Shown: one piece after another, positions 28,716-36,839 of the stretch
Numbering within the stretch: position 1 is the stretch's first letter
Layout: each line of letters opens with the position of its first letter
Sequence record: PQ850617.1
DNA from: Escherichia phage ManiMatter_Bas94
Direction: 5' to 3' (one strand)
DNA length: 64,000 nucleotides
Translations under genes and position numbers: made by a program
The notes under the pieces: generated by a model
Told to the model about the DNA's origin: nothing
Seen by the model: only the letters and a program-made list of their open reading frames with translations
The model's database searches: none

Positions 28716-29421
28716 CTCATATATTCGACAAGAGCCGCAACACTCTCGCCCGTTCTCTTATGAACTGCTACATGTCGCCATGTAGGATAGACTATATCAT
28801 CACCCTCTGTCGAGGGGTTGGGCGCTTCCACCGGCATTAGCTTCCGGTGTACTCCTTTCGGATAGTCGTTGCACCTTCAAGTATTCTATAGCTGTTTCTA
28901 ATCGGCTAACATCATCTTTCAATAGCCCTAAAGCTCTGTTGCAGTTGTGACACAACAGACCGCGTATTACTCCGGATTCATGGCAATGATCAACCACAAG
29001 TTTAATTCTGTGATGTGTTGCCATTGCAAACCCTTCGCCCTTACAGATAGCACACTTCCCATCCTGATCAGCGTACATCTTTTCGTAATCGCTGGCTGTG
29101 ATTCCATAAATTCGTTTGAAGTAGGAATTTCTCCAGCCCCTATCTTTGCATTCATCAGAGCAATAATGTTCAGATGGTGCATTTGGTTGAAAATCTTTTG
29201 AGCAATTACGACAAGGTTTTGGATTGAACCGACCTTGAGGGTATTTACTTGCCTCAGCAGTCTGTTCTTCTTTAGTTTTAGTTACAGTTGTATATTCCAT
29301 AAGCACCTCCATGTTGAGTTGCTATAGAATACTTGCTTGGCTCAGGATTGTCTACTAGAGAGTTTCCCTGAGTTCACCCAATTTAATCGACGAGATTACT
29401 CTCGAAGTATCCATTTACGTC
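28716..29421 (-). mobile_element. Group I intron (706 nt) with homing-endonuclease ORF, inserted in polymerase motif B
   Basis: Joining ...TTTATCT(29422) to AT GCG TTT AAC(28715) restores RDNAKTFI-YAFNYGAGD (T7 has RDNAKTFIYGFLYGAGD). The last exon nucleotide is U, and UAUCU pairs with intron GGAUA to form P1. The last intron nucleotide is G. GNRA hairpins cgaga-gtaa-tctcg and ctacatg-gcga-catgtag are present. Confidence 0.8.
28800..29300 (-). CDS. Intron-encoded His-Me finger endonuclease (endonuclease VII / HNH type)
   Basis: VVDHCHESGVIRGLLCHNCNRALG is the EndoVII-family signature. An N-terminal Cys cluster is present. ATG 29300 is preferred (GGAGGT SD within the listed start). Confidence 0.8.
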   Translation of the reverse strand: MEYTTVTKTKEEQTAEASKYPQGRFNPKPCRNCSKDFQPNAPSEHYCSDECKDRGWRNSYFKRIYGITASDYEKMYADQDGKCAICKGEGFAMATHHRIKLVVDHCHESGVIRGLLCHNCNRALGLLKDDVSRLETAIEYLKVQRLSERSTPEANAGGSAQPLDRG

Positions 29422-30772
29422 AGATAAACGTTTTAGCGTTGTCACGAGTAGGAAGACCAGCAAGTTTCTGGTTGTGGGAGTGGATATCACCTTCAAGAAG
29501 GATATCACGATACATAATAGCAGAAGCTAAACCACGTTCTGCCAGAGCTTTCTTAGCTGGATTATTCTCTTCGATTGCTTCAGCAAGCATATCCCTACAT
29601 TCTTTAATGAGGTAGTGAGCGAGCATACGAAGTTCAAGTCCAGAACCATCATACCCTAAGAATACTTCTTTACCAGCGGGTATGTAATATTTGTAAGCAC
29701 CTACAGGCTTATCTTTCTTCCCCGGCTTACCTTTCTCGTAAATTACGTTAGTACCTTTTCGTATATAACAACCATCAGGAACAACGTTAGTAATAACGAA
29801 AGGACGAGAGTGATCACTGTCTGAATTATAGTCAGACTCAAACAAACTGCGACACTCATGACCAAACAAACCACGGGAGGGAATATTAACCACGATACGA
29901 TGTTTGAATCGAAAAGTTGGCGTAGCGCAGCTGTTAGCTTCTGCCGAAAGTTTACCATCTTCGCGTTCCTTTGCTATGAGTCCACTGATAAGACCTAGCC
30001 TGTGAGCCGCTACAACGCGCCTCTTAAGCAAACTTCCAACACTCCCTAGCTCGCCCCCTAACCCTTCTTCAAGAGTCTCCTCGAGGTTTGTAGGAGCTGT
30101 AGGCCACTTGTTTGAGGTAGCTAGTGCTATCTTAATCTCATCAAACGTGATAGGTCTACGTCGGTTAGGGTTTAAACCTAAACCAAACACATAAGCCTTC
30201 ATATAGTTCTTAGTCTTAAACCTAAAATGCTTCTCTAAGAACCTCCTAATATCTGCGTCAACCATCTCGGCTGTCTGCTTCTGTTTAGCATTACCTCGAA
30301 TCCAAGCTGAATACCACGCTTGGTATGTTCCATACTTTCGTATATCTTTCTTGATTTCAAAAGTATTCCAAGGTTTCTTTGATACGTTAAACTCTGGAGG
30401 AAGAAAACCCTCATCCATAAGGGCTTCTTTAACTCGTGCATCTTTCGATGGGTCAAAGTCCACGTATTCAACACAGGTGAATGCTCCACCAATGTCTTCT
30501 CTCTTAAGGCCAACTCTATCACAATAGGCTTGAGGCCACTTCTGTAAAGCTCCAGACTTCTTAAATGGCTTCATATAAGTAGAGCCATCTAATCTCATCT
30601 TAGGTAAGAGAGGGATCAGTTCTTTGTCGATATTAACAATAATCTCTTTAAGGAGGTGAACATACCACCGAGCATTTCTTCGGTTGAAACTCACTCCGTG
30701 CTTCGCTTGCTTAGAGATTATATCAGCGACAGTCATCTCTGTCAAAAATGGGAGAGCGTCCGGGTTGCTCAC
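29422..30772 (-). CDS. DNA polymerase (family A, T7 gp5-like), exon 1; polymerase domain only
   Basis: Motif A LGYDGSGLELRMLAHY. Ends ...GLPTRDNAKTFI, the first half of motif B, followed by an intron-borne stop. No exonuclease motifs at the N-terminus. Confidence 0.85.
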
Positions 30773-30788
30773 TTTATACTCCTTTAAA

Positions 30789-31211
30789 TTATTGGTAAAG
30801 TAAATCTGTAAATGCTTGGTTGTCTTCTACTACATCTAGCAAGGTTGCTTCGTTACTATAAGACCTAACCGTCCCGTTGACAACTGTCCGAGTAGGAGAG
30901 GGAGGTGGTGTATGGTTAGCTCTAGCTTCGCGAGGTTGCTCTCGTACTAAATGAGCCATAGCCATTTGGTTAGCGACTTCTTCTCTTTCTCGAATAGCTC
31001 TCTGAATATAAGCTAGCTTCATGCCCCAAGCTTCTTCAAATTCTTGAGGATGTTTGTCACTGATAACCACATATTGACGTTCAGGGATACCAGAGCGAAT
31101 CTCTGATAAGAGTTCACAGAACAAATCCAGTTCGTGTTCAGTGAGATTCATTTCGATATCATCCCACTTGAGAACTAGGAAACGGTTTTGATATCTAGTC
31201 GGTAATGGCAT
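30789..31211 (-). CDS. Hypothetical protein (140 aa)
   Basis: ORF-track ORF in the leftward train. No motif recognised. Confidence 0.45.
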   Translation of the reverse strand: MPLPTRYQNRFLVLKWDDIEMNLTEHELDLFCELLSEIRSGIPERQYVVISDKHPQEFEEAWGMKLAYIQRAIREREEVANQMAMAHLVREQPREARANHTPPPSPTRTVVNGTVRSYSNEATLLDVVEDNQAFTDLLYQ

Positions 31212-31214
31212 AGC

Positions 31215-31469
31215 TTAACCTTTAGGGAATGGGATGAGGTTTTCTACTGCAACACGGAATTCTTTCTCTACATCTTTATTCTTATAAGAAATGAATTTCC
31301 CATCAGCACCACGGAGGATTACGTTAGTGCGAGCTGTTTTTGGGTTATGACTGATTTGGTTTGCAATGAGACTAATGTTGAGTTTAGTGTTGTGGTTATT
31401 GGTGAATTTCCACTTAGCCAGACGATTAGTCATTACATCAATGATAGTTACAGTTTTTACAATAGACAT
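31215..31469 (-). CDS. Hypothetical protein (84 aa)
   Basis: ORF-track ORF, 3 nt upstream of the next gene. Confidence 0.45.
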   Translation of the reverse strand: MSIVKTVTIIDVMTNRLAKWKFTNNHNTKLNISLIANQISHNPKTARTNVILRGADGKFISYKNKDVEKEFRVAVENLIPFPKG

Positions 31470-31502
31470 AGTTATTACCTAAGAAGTTTAGTTTGGTTTA
31501 TA

Positions 31503-31534
31503 TAAAAGAAAAGGCCACCCATTTGGGTAGCCTC
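31503..31534 (-). terminator. Rho-independent terminator
   Basis: Minus strand reads aggctaccc-aaat-gggtggcct followed by tttctttt. Homologous to the terminator at 53984-54017. Confidence 0.8.
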
Positions 31535-31537
31535 ATA

Positions 31538-31855
31538 TTACGATGAGCTTAAAGCTCCTTTGCGTGCTCCAGCTGCCTTCCCAGTTCGATCTCCACTTTT
31601 GCCGCCAGCTGAACGATTTCCGCTGACTGTTTCAACACGTAAGTTGCTTGACGCATTAGAGCCTCCTGACTTGATAGCTCGTTTGTGTCCAACGTCTTTA
31701 CCTCTGACAGCAGCTTTTCCATCGCGCTTTTCAACGATGCGACGTGCACGGTGGCGCTGAGCATCTCCGCTCTTGCTACCAATTCCCGTTTCACCCCTTG
31801 CGATGGCGGTACGTCTTTCTTGTGCATAATCTCTCTTTCCTACATGGTCTGCCAT
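31538..31855 (-). CDS. Small basic Gly/Arg/Lys-rich protein with an HNH-like signature
   Basis: Strong SD (aaggag, 6 nt), located after a TAATGTATA motif. GHKRAIKSGGSNASSNLRVETVSGNRSAGGK parallels DHiiPlskGGsn..sNLqllC..CN..K. A second 92-aa ORF (31549..31827) is open in another frame of the same strand. Confidence 0.45.
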   Translation of the reverse strand: MADHVGKRDYAQERRTAIARGETGIGSKSGDAQRHRARRIVEKRDGKAAVRGKDVGHKRAIKSGGSNASSNLRVETVSGNRSAGGKSGDRTGKAAGARKGALSSS

Positions 31856-31891
31856 TTAGAACTCCTTAATATATCAGTGTACACTAAGGAG

Positions 31892-31900
31892 TATACATTA
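31892..31900 (-). promoter_or_regulatory. TAATGTATA motif (minus strand)
   Basis: Plus-strand tatacatta lies 37 nt upstream of ATG 31855. Confidence 0.55.
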
Positions 31901-31909
31901 TGAATGATG

Positions 31910-32077
31910 TTAAAACTCTGCTAAGTATTTAATATCAGAGGCATATACCTCATCAAAGGAAATAATTTCTCCATTGTAAAGAAGTTCTATCTTCAATATA
32001 CCAGAGCATTTGGTGTCTTTAGAATCAACCCTGATAGAGAGCTTATCAACTATCTAAGCTTTAATCTCTTCTATCAT
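31910..32077 (-). pseudogene. 56-codon ORF interrupted by an in-frame TAG at codon 8
   Basis: MIEEIKA-TAG(32056-32054)-IVDKLSIRVDSKDTKCSGILKIELLYNGEIISFDEVYASDIKYLAEF. I see no alternative canonical start with an SD after the stop. Confidence 0.4.
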
Positions 32078-32090
32078 TAACTCTTGAGTG

Positions 32091-32276
32091 TTATTCACTC
32101 CACCCTCCCGGTGGTACAAAATCATCAGGAACGTCAATGATAGTAGGTTCTCCATTATTCATGCAGGTGTCTTCATTGAACTCTTCACACTCAAAGCATG
32201 CTCGTTCGATATTTTTGTAGAAGTCGATGGTTGCTGAACCATCACCACAATCTCGGATAACTAGAGCTACTTTCAT
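32091..32276 (-). CDS. Hypothetical acidic protein (61 aa)
   Basis: ORF-track ORF. ATGA-type overlap with phoH. Confidence 0.45.
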   Translation of the reverse strand: MKVALVIRDCGDGSATIDFYKNIERACFECEEFNEDTCMNNGEPTIIDVPDDFVPPGGWSE

Positions 32277-33016
32277 TTCTCTTGTCCTTTTTCCATTGCT
32301 TTAACAATAGCTTTACAGAAACCAGAACGAACAATGTCATCTGATTCACCATCTACAATCTCAGCGAACTCATACAGATCATGTTCATCAATAAAGTTAG
32401 TAGCCCAAGTAAGACCACTCTCACGACCACGCATGTCATGCTGGTTAGTATCACCCATGCAGAACAGTTGAGAGGTTTCTCCCAATCGAGTCATGATTGA
32501 GAAGGCTTCATCTTTAGTGGTGTTCTGGAATTCATCAACAATAACAACAGCATCATTGAAAGAACGACCACGGAGATATTCCAGAGGTACAAATTCAATG
32601 TTCCCATTACCAAGCTGGCATTCATAAAAACCCTTACCGTATCGCTGAGTGATTACGTCAACAATAGGCATCAGATATGGTTCGAACTTATCACGAAGCC
32701 CACCCGGAAGTAATCCGAGAGAATTACCCATGCCAACAGAAGGTCGGCTAATGATAATCTTTTGAATCTTACCACTCTTCAGTGCATCAATGACAGTAGA
32801 GGTGATGACGAACGTCTTACCACAGCCCGCAGGAGCGTCTGTGAACACCACTTGTTTAGTCTTGATAGCATTGAGTAGCTCAGATTGAAACTGATTCTGA
32901 GGGACCACTGGCTTCGCTAAAACAACCTCTTCATACTCACGCTTACCTTTCTTAGTGACCAAGGCTTCACGACGTAAATCTTTACGAGATTCTCTACGGG
33001 ACTGTCTACGGCTCAT
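32273..33016 (-). CDS. phoH: PhoH-like ATPase
   Basis: Walker A DAPAGCGKTF, Walker B VVIVDEFQN, and the GDTNQHD motif. Confidence 0.9.
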   Translation of the reverse strand: MSRRQSRRESRKDLRREALVTKKGKREYEEVVLAKPVVPQNQFQSELLNAIKTKQVVFTDAPAGCGKTFVITSTVIDALKSGKIQKIIISRPSVGMGNSLGLLPGGLRDKFEPYLMPIVDVITQRYGKGFYECQLGNGNIEFVPLEYLRGRSFNDAVVIVDEFQNTTKDEAFSIMTRLGETSQLFCMGDTNQHDMRGRESGLTWATNFIDEHDLYEFAEIVDGESDDIVRSGFCKAIVKAMEKGQEK

Positions 33017-33198
33017 TTGCGCTCTCCTAGCTCTTCGTAATTAAATACAGAGGTTCGACAATCTTTACATGTTGTTGTATAGACTCGAACATTAATGTAC
33101 TTCTTGTTCTTCCCTTTGGTGGGTGAGCCTTTAGCAAGCTCACTGATAACTTTAGAACTTAAGTTTAGGTTTGTGCCTTCGCATTTAGAGCACTTCAC
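33013..33198 (-). CDS. Zinc-ribbon protein (61 aa)
   Basis: The CSKCEG...CKDCRT pair of CxxC motifs. GTG start in a GTGA overlap. Confidence 0.5.
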   Translation of the reverse strand: MKCSKCEGTNLNLSSKVISELAKGSPTKGKNKKYINVRVYTTTCKDCRTSVFNYEELGERK

Positions 33199-33365
33199 TC
33201 AGGCTCACCAACAGTAACTTCCCATACAACTTGAGAGATGATATTGTTGATCTGTTTGATTTGCTCGTAAGTCAGTTGCATACCTTTCATCTTCCGAGAG
33301 GCATTGCTTCGTGCTCTTCGCTGACGATAGAAGTTATTCTTTTTAGTAGAGTGTAATCTACTCAT
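33195..33365 (-). CDS. Small basic protein (56 aa) with Arg-rich N-terminus
   Basis: Hand translation gives MSRLHSTKKNNFYRQRRARSNASRKMKGMQLTYEQIKQINNIISQVVWEVTVGEPE. Coupled at both ends. Confidence 0.4.
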   Translation of the reverse strand: MSRLHSTKKNNFYRQRRARSNASRKMKGMQLTYEQIKQINNIISQVVWEVTVGEPE

Positions 33366-33460
33366 TTCACAAGCTCCACTTCTTCAATACTGTACCCTTC
33401 AAAATACTCACCATCTTGATCATACTGGTTGATTGCTCTTGTTAGTACCCACACTTTCAT
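33362..33460 (-). CDS. Very small ORF (32 aa)
   Basis: MKVWVLTRAINQYDQDGEYFEGYSIEEVELVK. ATGA coupling downstream, but it overlaps the end of 33420..33776 by 41 nt. Confidence 0.3.
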   Translation of the reverse strand: MKVWVLTRAINQYDQDGEYFEGYSIEEVELVK

Positions 33461-33776
33461 TATTCTTCTCTTTATGAAGTCTATAAACAGCTGTCGCCAT
33501 GCAAGCAACAGCTTCATTGTGTGGGAGATGCATCCCTGTAGAACCATCCCAATCTTTGAACTCATTGTCAAAGACTCCGGTAGGCTCTGGATACAGAGCT
33601 TGCAGCTCAACCAAATCATTAGCAACTTGTTGCCATTTATCATCAGACCAGATAGGGTCATCCAACCAGTAATACAAATAGGAATGGATGATTAATTGCC
33701 TTCTGTGCCGATTAATTACTTCAGCGGGACTTATCTCACTTCCATTTGAAGTCCTAAATGTATTACTGTCAATCAT
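33420..33776 (-). CDS. Protein resembling NAD-dependent DNA ligase domain Ia
   Basis: IIHSYLYYWLDDPIWSDDKWQQVANDLVELQALYPE parallels the LigA N-terminal consensus h..YY....P.isD.eYD.L...L..lE...Pe. Confidence 0.35.
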   Translation of the reverse strand: MIDSNTFRTSNGSEISPAEVINRHRRQLIIHSYLYYWLDDPIWSDDKWQQVANDLVELQALYPEPTGVFDNEFKDWDGSTGMHLPHNEAVACMATAVYRLHKEKNNESVGTNKSNQPV

Positions 33777-33778
33777 GA

Positions 33779-34435
33779 TTAATTATTCCAAGTAGTTGAT
33801 AAGGCTTTCCAAGAGATAGGATAAAGTTTCTTCATTTCTTCATCAATAGTTTGTGCAAACAGTCGGACCTCATACTGAGCGTGCTCTGACAGACGTTGAC
33901 GGCACACATCTGACCAGCCATATAGAGAGCCAGTCCACACCCACTCAGTGATCATCCCCTGAGGAAGAACAAATCGAGCTTGCTCTGGTGCAACAAATTC
34001 AATCAACTTATCATATGCTGCTAGAGAGGATTCATATGCATCGTTAATCAGCATTAATGCTTCAGCTCGTTCTCCATCGATGAGTTGAACCCCTGAACCT
34101 GCATGGAGGTCCGAAGGTCTCGCAAAAATCTCTTTAGGGATGAAGACTTCAACTGCTCCATCTTTATACCGACGGGACATTTCGTTCCACGAGAATCCAA
34201 CCTGATGCTTGCCCAGCTGTCTCGCAATTGCGATAGGTGCTTTGCATCGGAAACTGACTTGTGGGTGTCGGAATGGAGTAACATGCTTTTCTCTTGCGAG
34301 GAAGTTGATGAGACGTTCATCACGTTCATTTAAATCACCTTCACGGGTTACGCCAAAGGAAACTCGAGCTGCGTTTACTACGCTACGATCGCTTCCCATA
34401 GCTTCGATTAATGTTGCTTGTAGTTGTTCATTCAT
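33779..34435 (-). CDS. thyX: FAD-dependent thymidylate synthase ThyX
   Basis: ThyX motif region RHPQVSFRCK...GKHQVGFSWNEMSRRY (RHR..S.NE.S.RY type). Confidence 0.9.
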   Translation of the reverse strand: MNEQLQATLIEAMGSDRSVVNAARVSFGVTREGDLNERDERLINFLAREKHVTPFRHPQVSFRCKAPIAIARQLGKHQVGFSWNEMSRRYKDGAVEVFIPKEIFARPSDLHAGSGVQLIDGERAEALMLINDAYESSLAAYDKLIEFVAPEQARFVLPQGMITEWVWTGSLYGWSDVCRQRLSEHAQYEVRLFAQTIDEEMKKLYPISWKALSTTWNN

Positions 34436-34450
34436 CCGTGAATATCCTTA

Positions 34451-34726
34451 TTATTTATTGCTCAGTGCTGTGTCCAAAAATGCTTTCAGGTTTGCTTCAG
34501 TCTGCATACCAGAGAGGCTGTAATGTGCGCCACTATTCCGGTCAGGCACAACGAAAGCAGGAATGCTTCGTACACCATACTTAACAGCTTGTTCACGACC
34601 GTCACCCTCAAGGATATTAATCTCTTCCACTTCTACATCGAACTCCTTAACAACCTTCTCAAAGATAGGAGCCATTGCTTTACATGGAGCACACTGATCA
34701 CTATAAAACTTAATTACTTTAGACAT
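34451..34726 (-). CDS. Thioredoxin-fold protein
   Basis: Active-site CAPC in FYSDQCAPCKAMAPIF, with a length of 91 aa. Confidence 0.85.
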   Translation of the reverse strand: MSKVIKFYSDQCAPCKAMAPIFEKVVKEFDVEVEEINILEGDGREQAVKYGVRSIPAFVVPDRNSGAHYSLSGMQTEANLKAFLDTALSNK

Positions 34727-34734
34727 GTAAATCC

Positions 34735-34914
34735 TTATGCAGTCAGGAGGTGAAGCAGGAATGGGATAACAACAGCTACGACAACCATGATAGTTGATGC
34801 TGTTTGAATCTCACCTTTCTTGTCAGGGGTTTCTTCGATAAGCTTACCAGAAGCCCAATAGATACCACCACCAATAAAGATAGCCCAAATACCCCATACG
34901 ATAGCTGATAACAT
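34735..34914 (-). CDS. Small two-TMD membrane protein (59 aa; class-II-holin-like topology)
   Basis: Hand translation gives MLSAIVWGIWAIFIGGGIYWASGKLIEETPDKKGEIQTASTIMVVVAVVIPFLLHLLTA. Below the ORF-track cutoff. Confidence 0.45.
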   Translation of the reverse strand: MLSAIVWGIWAIFIGGGIYWASGKLIEETPDKKGEIQTASTIMVVVAVVIPFLLHLLTA

Positions 34915-34931
34915 ATATCTATATCCTTATA

Positions 34932-34964
34932 AAGAGAAAACCCCGTCTATTCCTAGACAGGGCT
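34932..34964 (-). terminator. Rho-independent terminator
   Basis: Minus strand reads ccctgtcta-ggaa-tagacgggg followed by ttttctcttt. Confidence 0.8.
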
Positions 34965-34972
34965 TGAGTTTT

Positions 34973-35536
34973 TTAGTAAGACACATCACCACTTGAGTGG
35001 GACATGTTGCTCTTGACAAAGTAGCAATACTTGCCAAGACCTTCATTAATTTCTTGAAGCATACTTTGATCGACTGGATAAGTGGCTAAATCGCCATCAA
35101 ACTCATCCATCTTCTCAATAATACACAACAAGGTCATGCACATATCAGAGAGCATACCGTCCATGTCTAGATCAGCGTTACCCTCTGAGAACCAAGCATG
35201 AGAGAGGTAGTTAGCTGCTGTAGCATCCACTTTAACACAGTGGTAACGCATACGTTCAGCAATACGATCTCCTACTTGTCGTGCGTAATCTTCCAGCTCG
35301 TCAAACATACCATGAACACCCTGAAATCCTGCACCAGAGACGTTCCAGTGGTAGTTTTTAGCTTTGATGTGCAAGAGTTCCATATTAGCTTGTAAGCAGC
35401 TCAGGATGTGTTCTAGGCTGTTTCCACTAATCATACCCTGCATCGTTTCAAGGCGAGAGATTGATAGGTCGGACCGGTCTAACATGCTATAACTGTCACG
35501 ACCAATATCAGGTAAATCAAAGACATTCTTATGCAT
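34973..35536 (-). CDS. Dps / ferritin-like protein
   Basis: IKAKNYHWNVSGAGFQGVHGMFDELEDYARQVGDRIAERM matches the Dps signature k.HW.v.G..F..lH..f.e.......D.iAER. Confidence 0.7.
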   Translation of the reverse strand: MHKNVFDLPDIGRDSYSMLDRSDLSISRLETMQGMISGNSLEHILSCLQANMELLHIKAKNYHWNVSGAGFQGVHGMFDELEDYARQVGDRIAERMRYHCVKVDATAANYLSHAWFSEGNADLDMDGMLSDMCMTLLCIIEKMDEFDGDLATYPVDQSMLQEINEGLGKYCYFVKSNMSHSSGDVSY

Positions 35537-36023
35537 TATATTCCCTCCAAGTTTGATTAAGTAGAACTTTTGATATCACTTGCTGAGAGACACCAAAACG
35601 TCTTGCAAGGGCAGAGCCTCCAAACTCTTTATCTCGAGGAATATAAACTCTCCTACAGTACTCTACATCTTTTAGAGTAAGTTTAGACTGCGGATTGTCT
35701 TCTCCAAACCTCTGTACCATCAAACCTAGTGATGATGCATGTTGAGAGTTTTCTCGGTGGGTACACCATTCAAGATTATCTTTATGATTATTAAGTTTAT
35801 TGCCATCCTTATGGTTGACACACGGAAGATTATCAGGGTTCGGTATGTATTTACTAGCAACCAACCTGTGGACATAGAAATTTTTTAATCCGTCAGGAAA
35901 GTAAATAGTAACTCTATAATAGGCACCATTAGTGCGGAGGGTTAAAAACCTCCCACTCTTTACAGTAAATACTCTACCATCTTCTGTTACATCAATCTTC
36001 CCTTCCAATTCCTTTGGAATCAC
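35529..36023 (-). CDS. Free-standing HNH homing endonuclease (HNH_3 / I-HmuI-like with C-terminal HTH)
   Basis: YVHRLVASKYIPNPDNLPCVNHKDGNKLNNHKDNLEWCTHRENSQH plus a C-terminal DNA-binding tail. Confidence 0.9.
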   Translation of the reverse strand: MIPKELEGKIDVTEDGRVFTVKSGRFLTLRTNGAYYRVTIYFPDGLKNFYVHRLVASKYIPNPDNLPCVNHKDGNKLNNHKDNLEWCTHRENSQHASSLGLMVQRFGEDNPQSKLTLKDVEYCRRVYIPRDKEFGGSALARRFGVSQQVISKVLLNQTWREYNA

Positions 36024-36346
36024 TTAGGGTCTTCTCCTTCTAACTCAGTAGAGTTTGCTACATTTCTTTCTAGATTACTTAGGATCTGCTGGGTAATTAC
36101 GATGCAGTTCTGTGGGTCTACTGACTTAGAACGCCCCATTTCTGGGTCATACACCTTAACACGCTTAGCAGTTGAACCTGTAACCTGAAGAACCTTCAAC
36201 AGATATCCCTGATTACCGATAGACCAAGCAACAACATCACGATTCTTGATAAAGCGACCAAGCATATCACGATGATAAAACTGTTGCATCACCTTGGATT
36301 TTGTAATCTCTTCAGTGGGCGGGGCCACTTTACTCAAATCTAACAT
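36020..36346 (-). CDS. Hypothetical protein (108 aa)
   Basis: ORF-track ORF and first gene after a promoter-like motif. Confidence 0.45.
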   Translation of the reverse strand: MLDLSKVAPPTEEITKSKVMQQFYHRDMLGRFIKNRDVVAWSIGNQGYLLKVLQVTGSTAKRVKVYDPEMGRSKSVDPQNCIVITQQILSNLERNVANSTELEGEDPK

Positions 36347-36385
36347 AACTCTCTCCTGTAAAATACAAACTCTTATTGTACTCTA

Positions 36386-36394
36386 TATACATTT
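36386..36394 (-). promoter_or_regulatory. AAATGTATA variant motif (minus strand) with GGTAGTAGATAT upstream element
   Basis: Minus strand reads ggtagtagatat-N10-AAATGTATA, 40 nt upstream of ATG 36346. Confidence 0.5.
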
Positions 36395-36418
36395 GAGAGT
36401 TACCATATCTACTACCAA

Positions 36419-36628
36419 TCAGTAGTGAACTTTTCCGCTAATATAAACACGACCAGAGGAATACTCTTTGGCCTTATGGATACTGATACTCTTAGTTAAA
36501 TCTGTATTGAACATAGACTTTTTAAAATCTCGAGCCTGTTGACGAGTAGGAAGTGCAGTCATGGTCATACCACCTGATGCCCACTTAATCTTTGCTAACC
36601 AAAACTGTCTCATAGCGATTGGTCTCAT
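36419..36628 (-). CDS. Hypothetical protein (69 aa), paralog of 36628..36825
   Basis: Shares TR..AR..K and the ..KVHY/KVYY C-terminus with its neighbour. Confidence 0.45.
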   Translation of the reverse strand: MRPIAMRQFWLAKIKWASGGMTMTALPTRQQARDFKKSMFNTDLTKSISIHKAKEYSSGRVYISGKVHY

Positions 36629-36825
36629 TAATAGTAAACCTTGCTGTTGGCAAAAAGAGCACCTTCGTTATTCACAATAGCTTTCCCTATTGTAACCTTA
36701 TTGAGTCTAAAAGTAGACTTGTATTGGTTTTTGACCCTACGAGCGTGCTCTCGAGTGTCAATAAAATCTACAGCTACCAAGTCTCCAGTCGTGTTATCGT
36801 GTACACGAACAATCCATTTTTTCAT
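36628..36825 (-). CDS. Hypothetical protein (65 aa), paralog of 36419..36628
   Basis: ORF-track ORF forming a tandem paralog pair. Confidence 0.45.
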   Translation of the reverse strand: MKKWIVRVHDNTTGDLVAVDFIDTREHARRVKNQYKSTFRLNKVTIGKAIVNNEGALFANSKVYY

Positions 36826-36839
36826 TGTTCCAAACTCCG

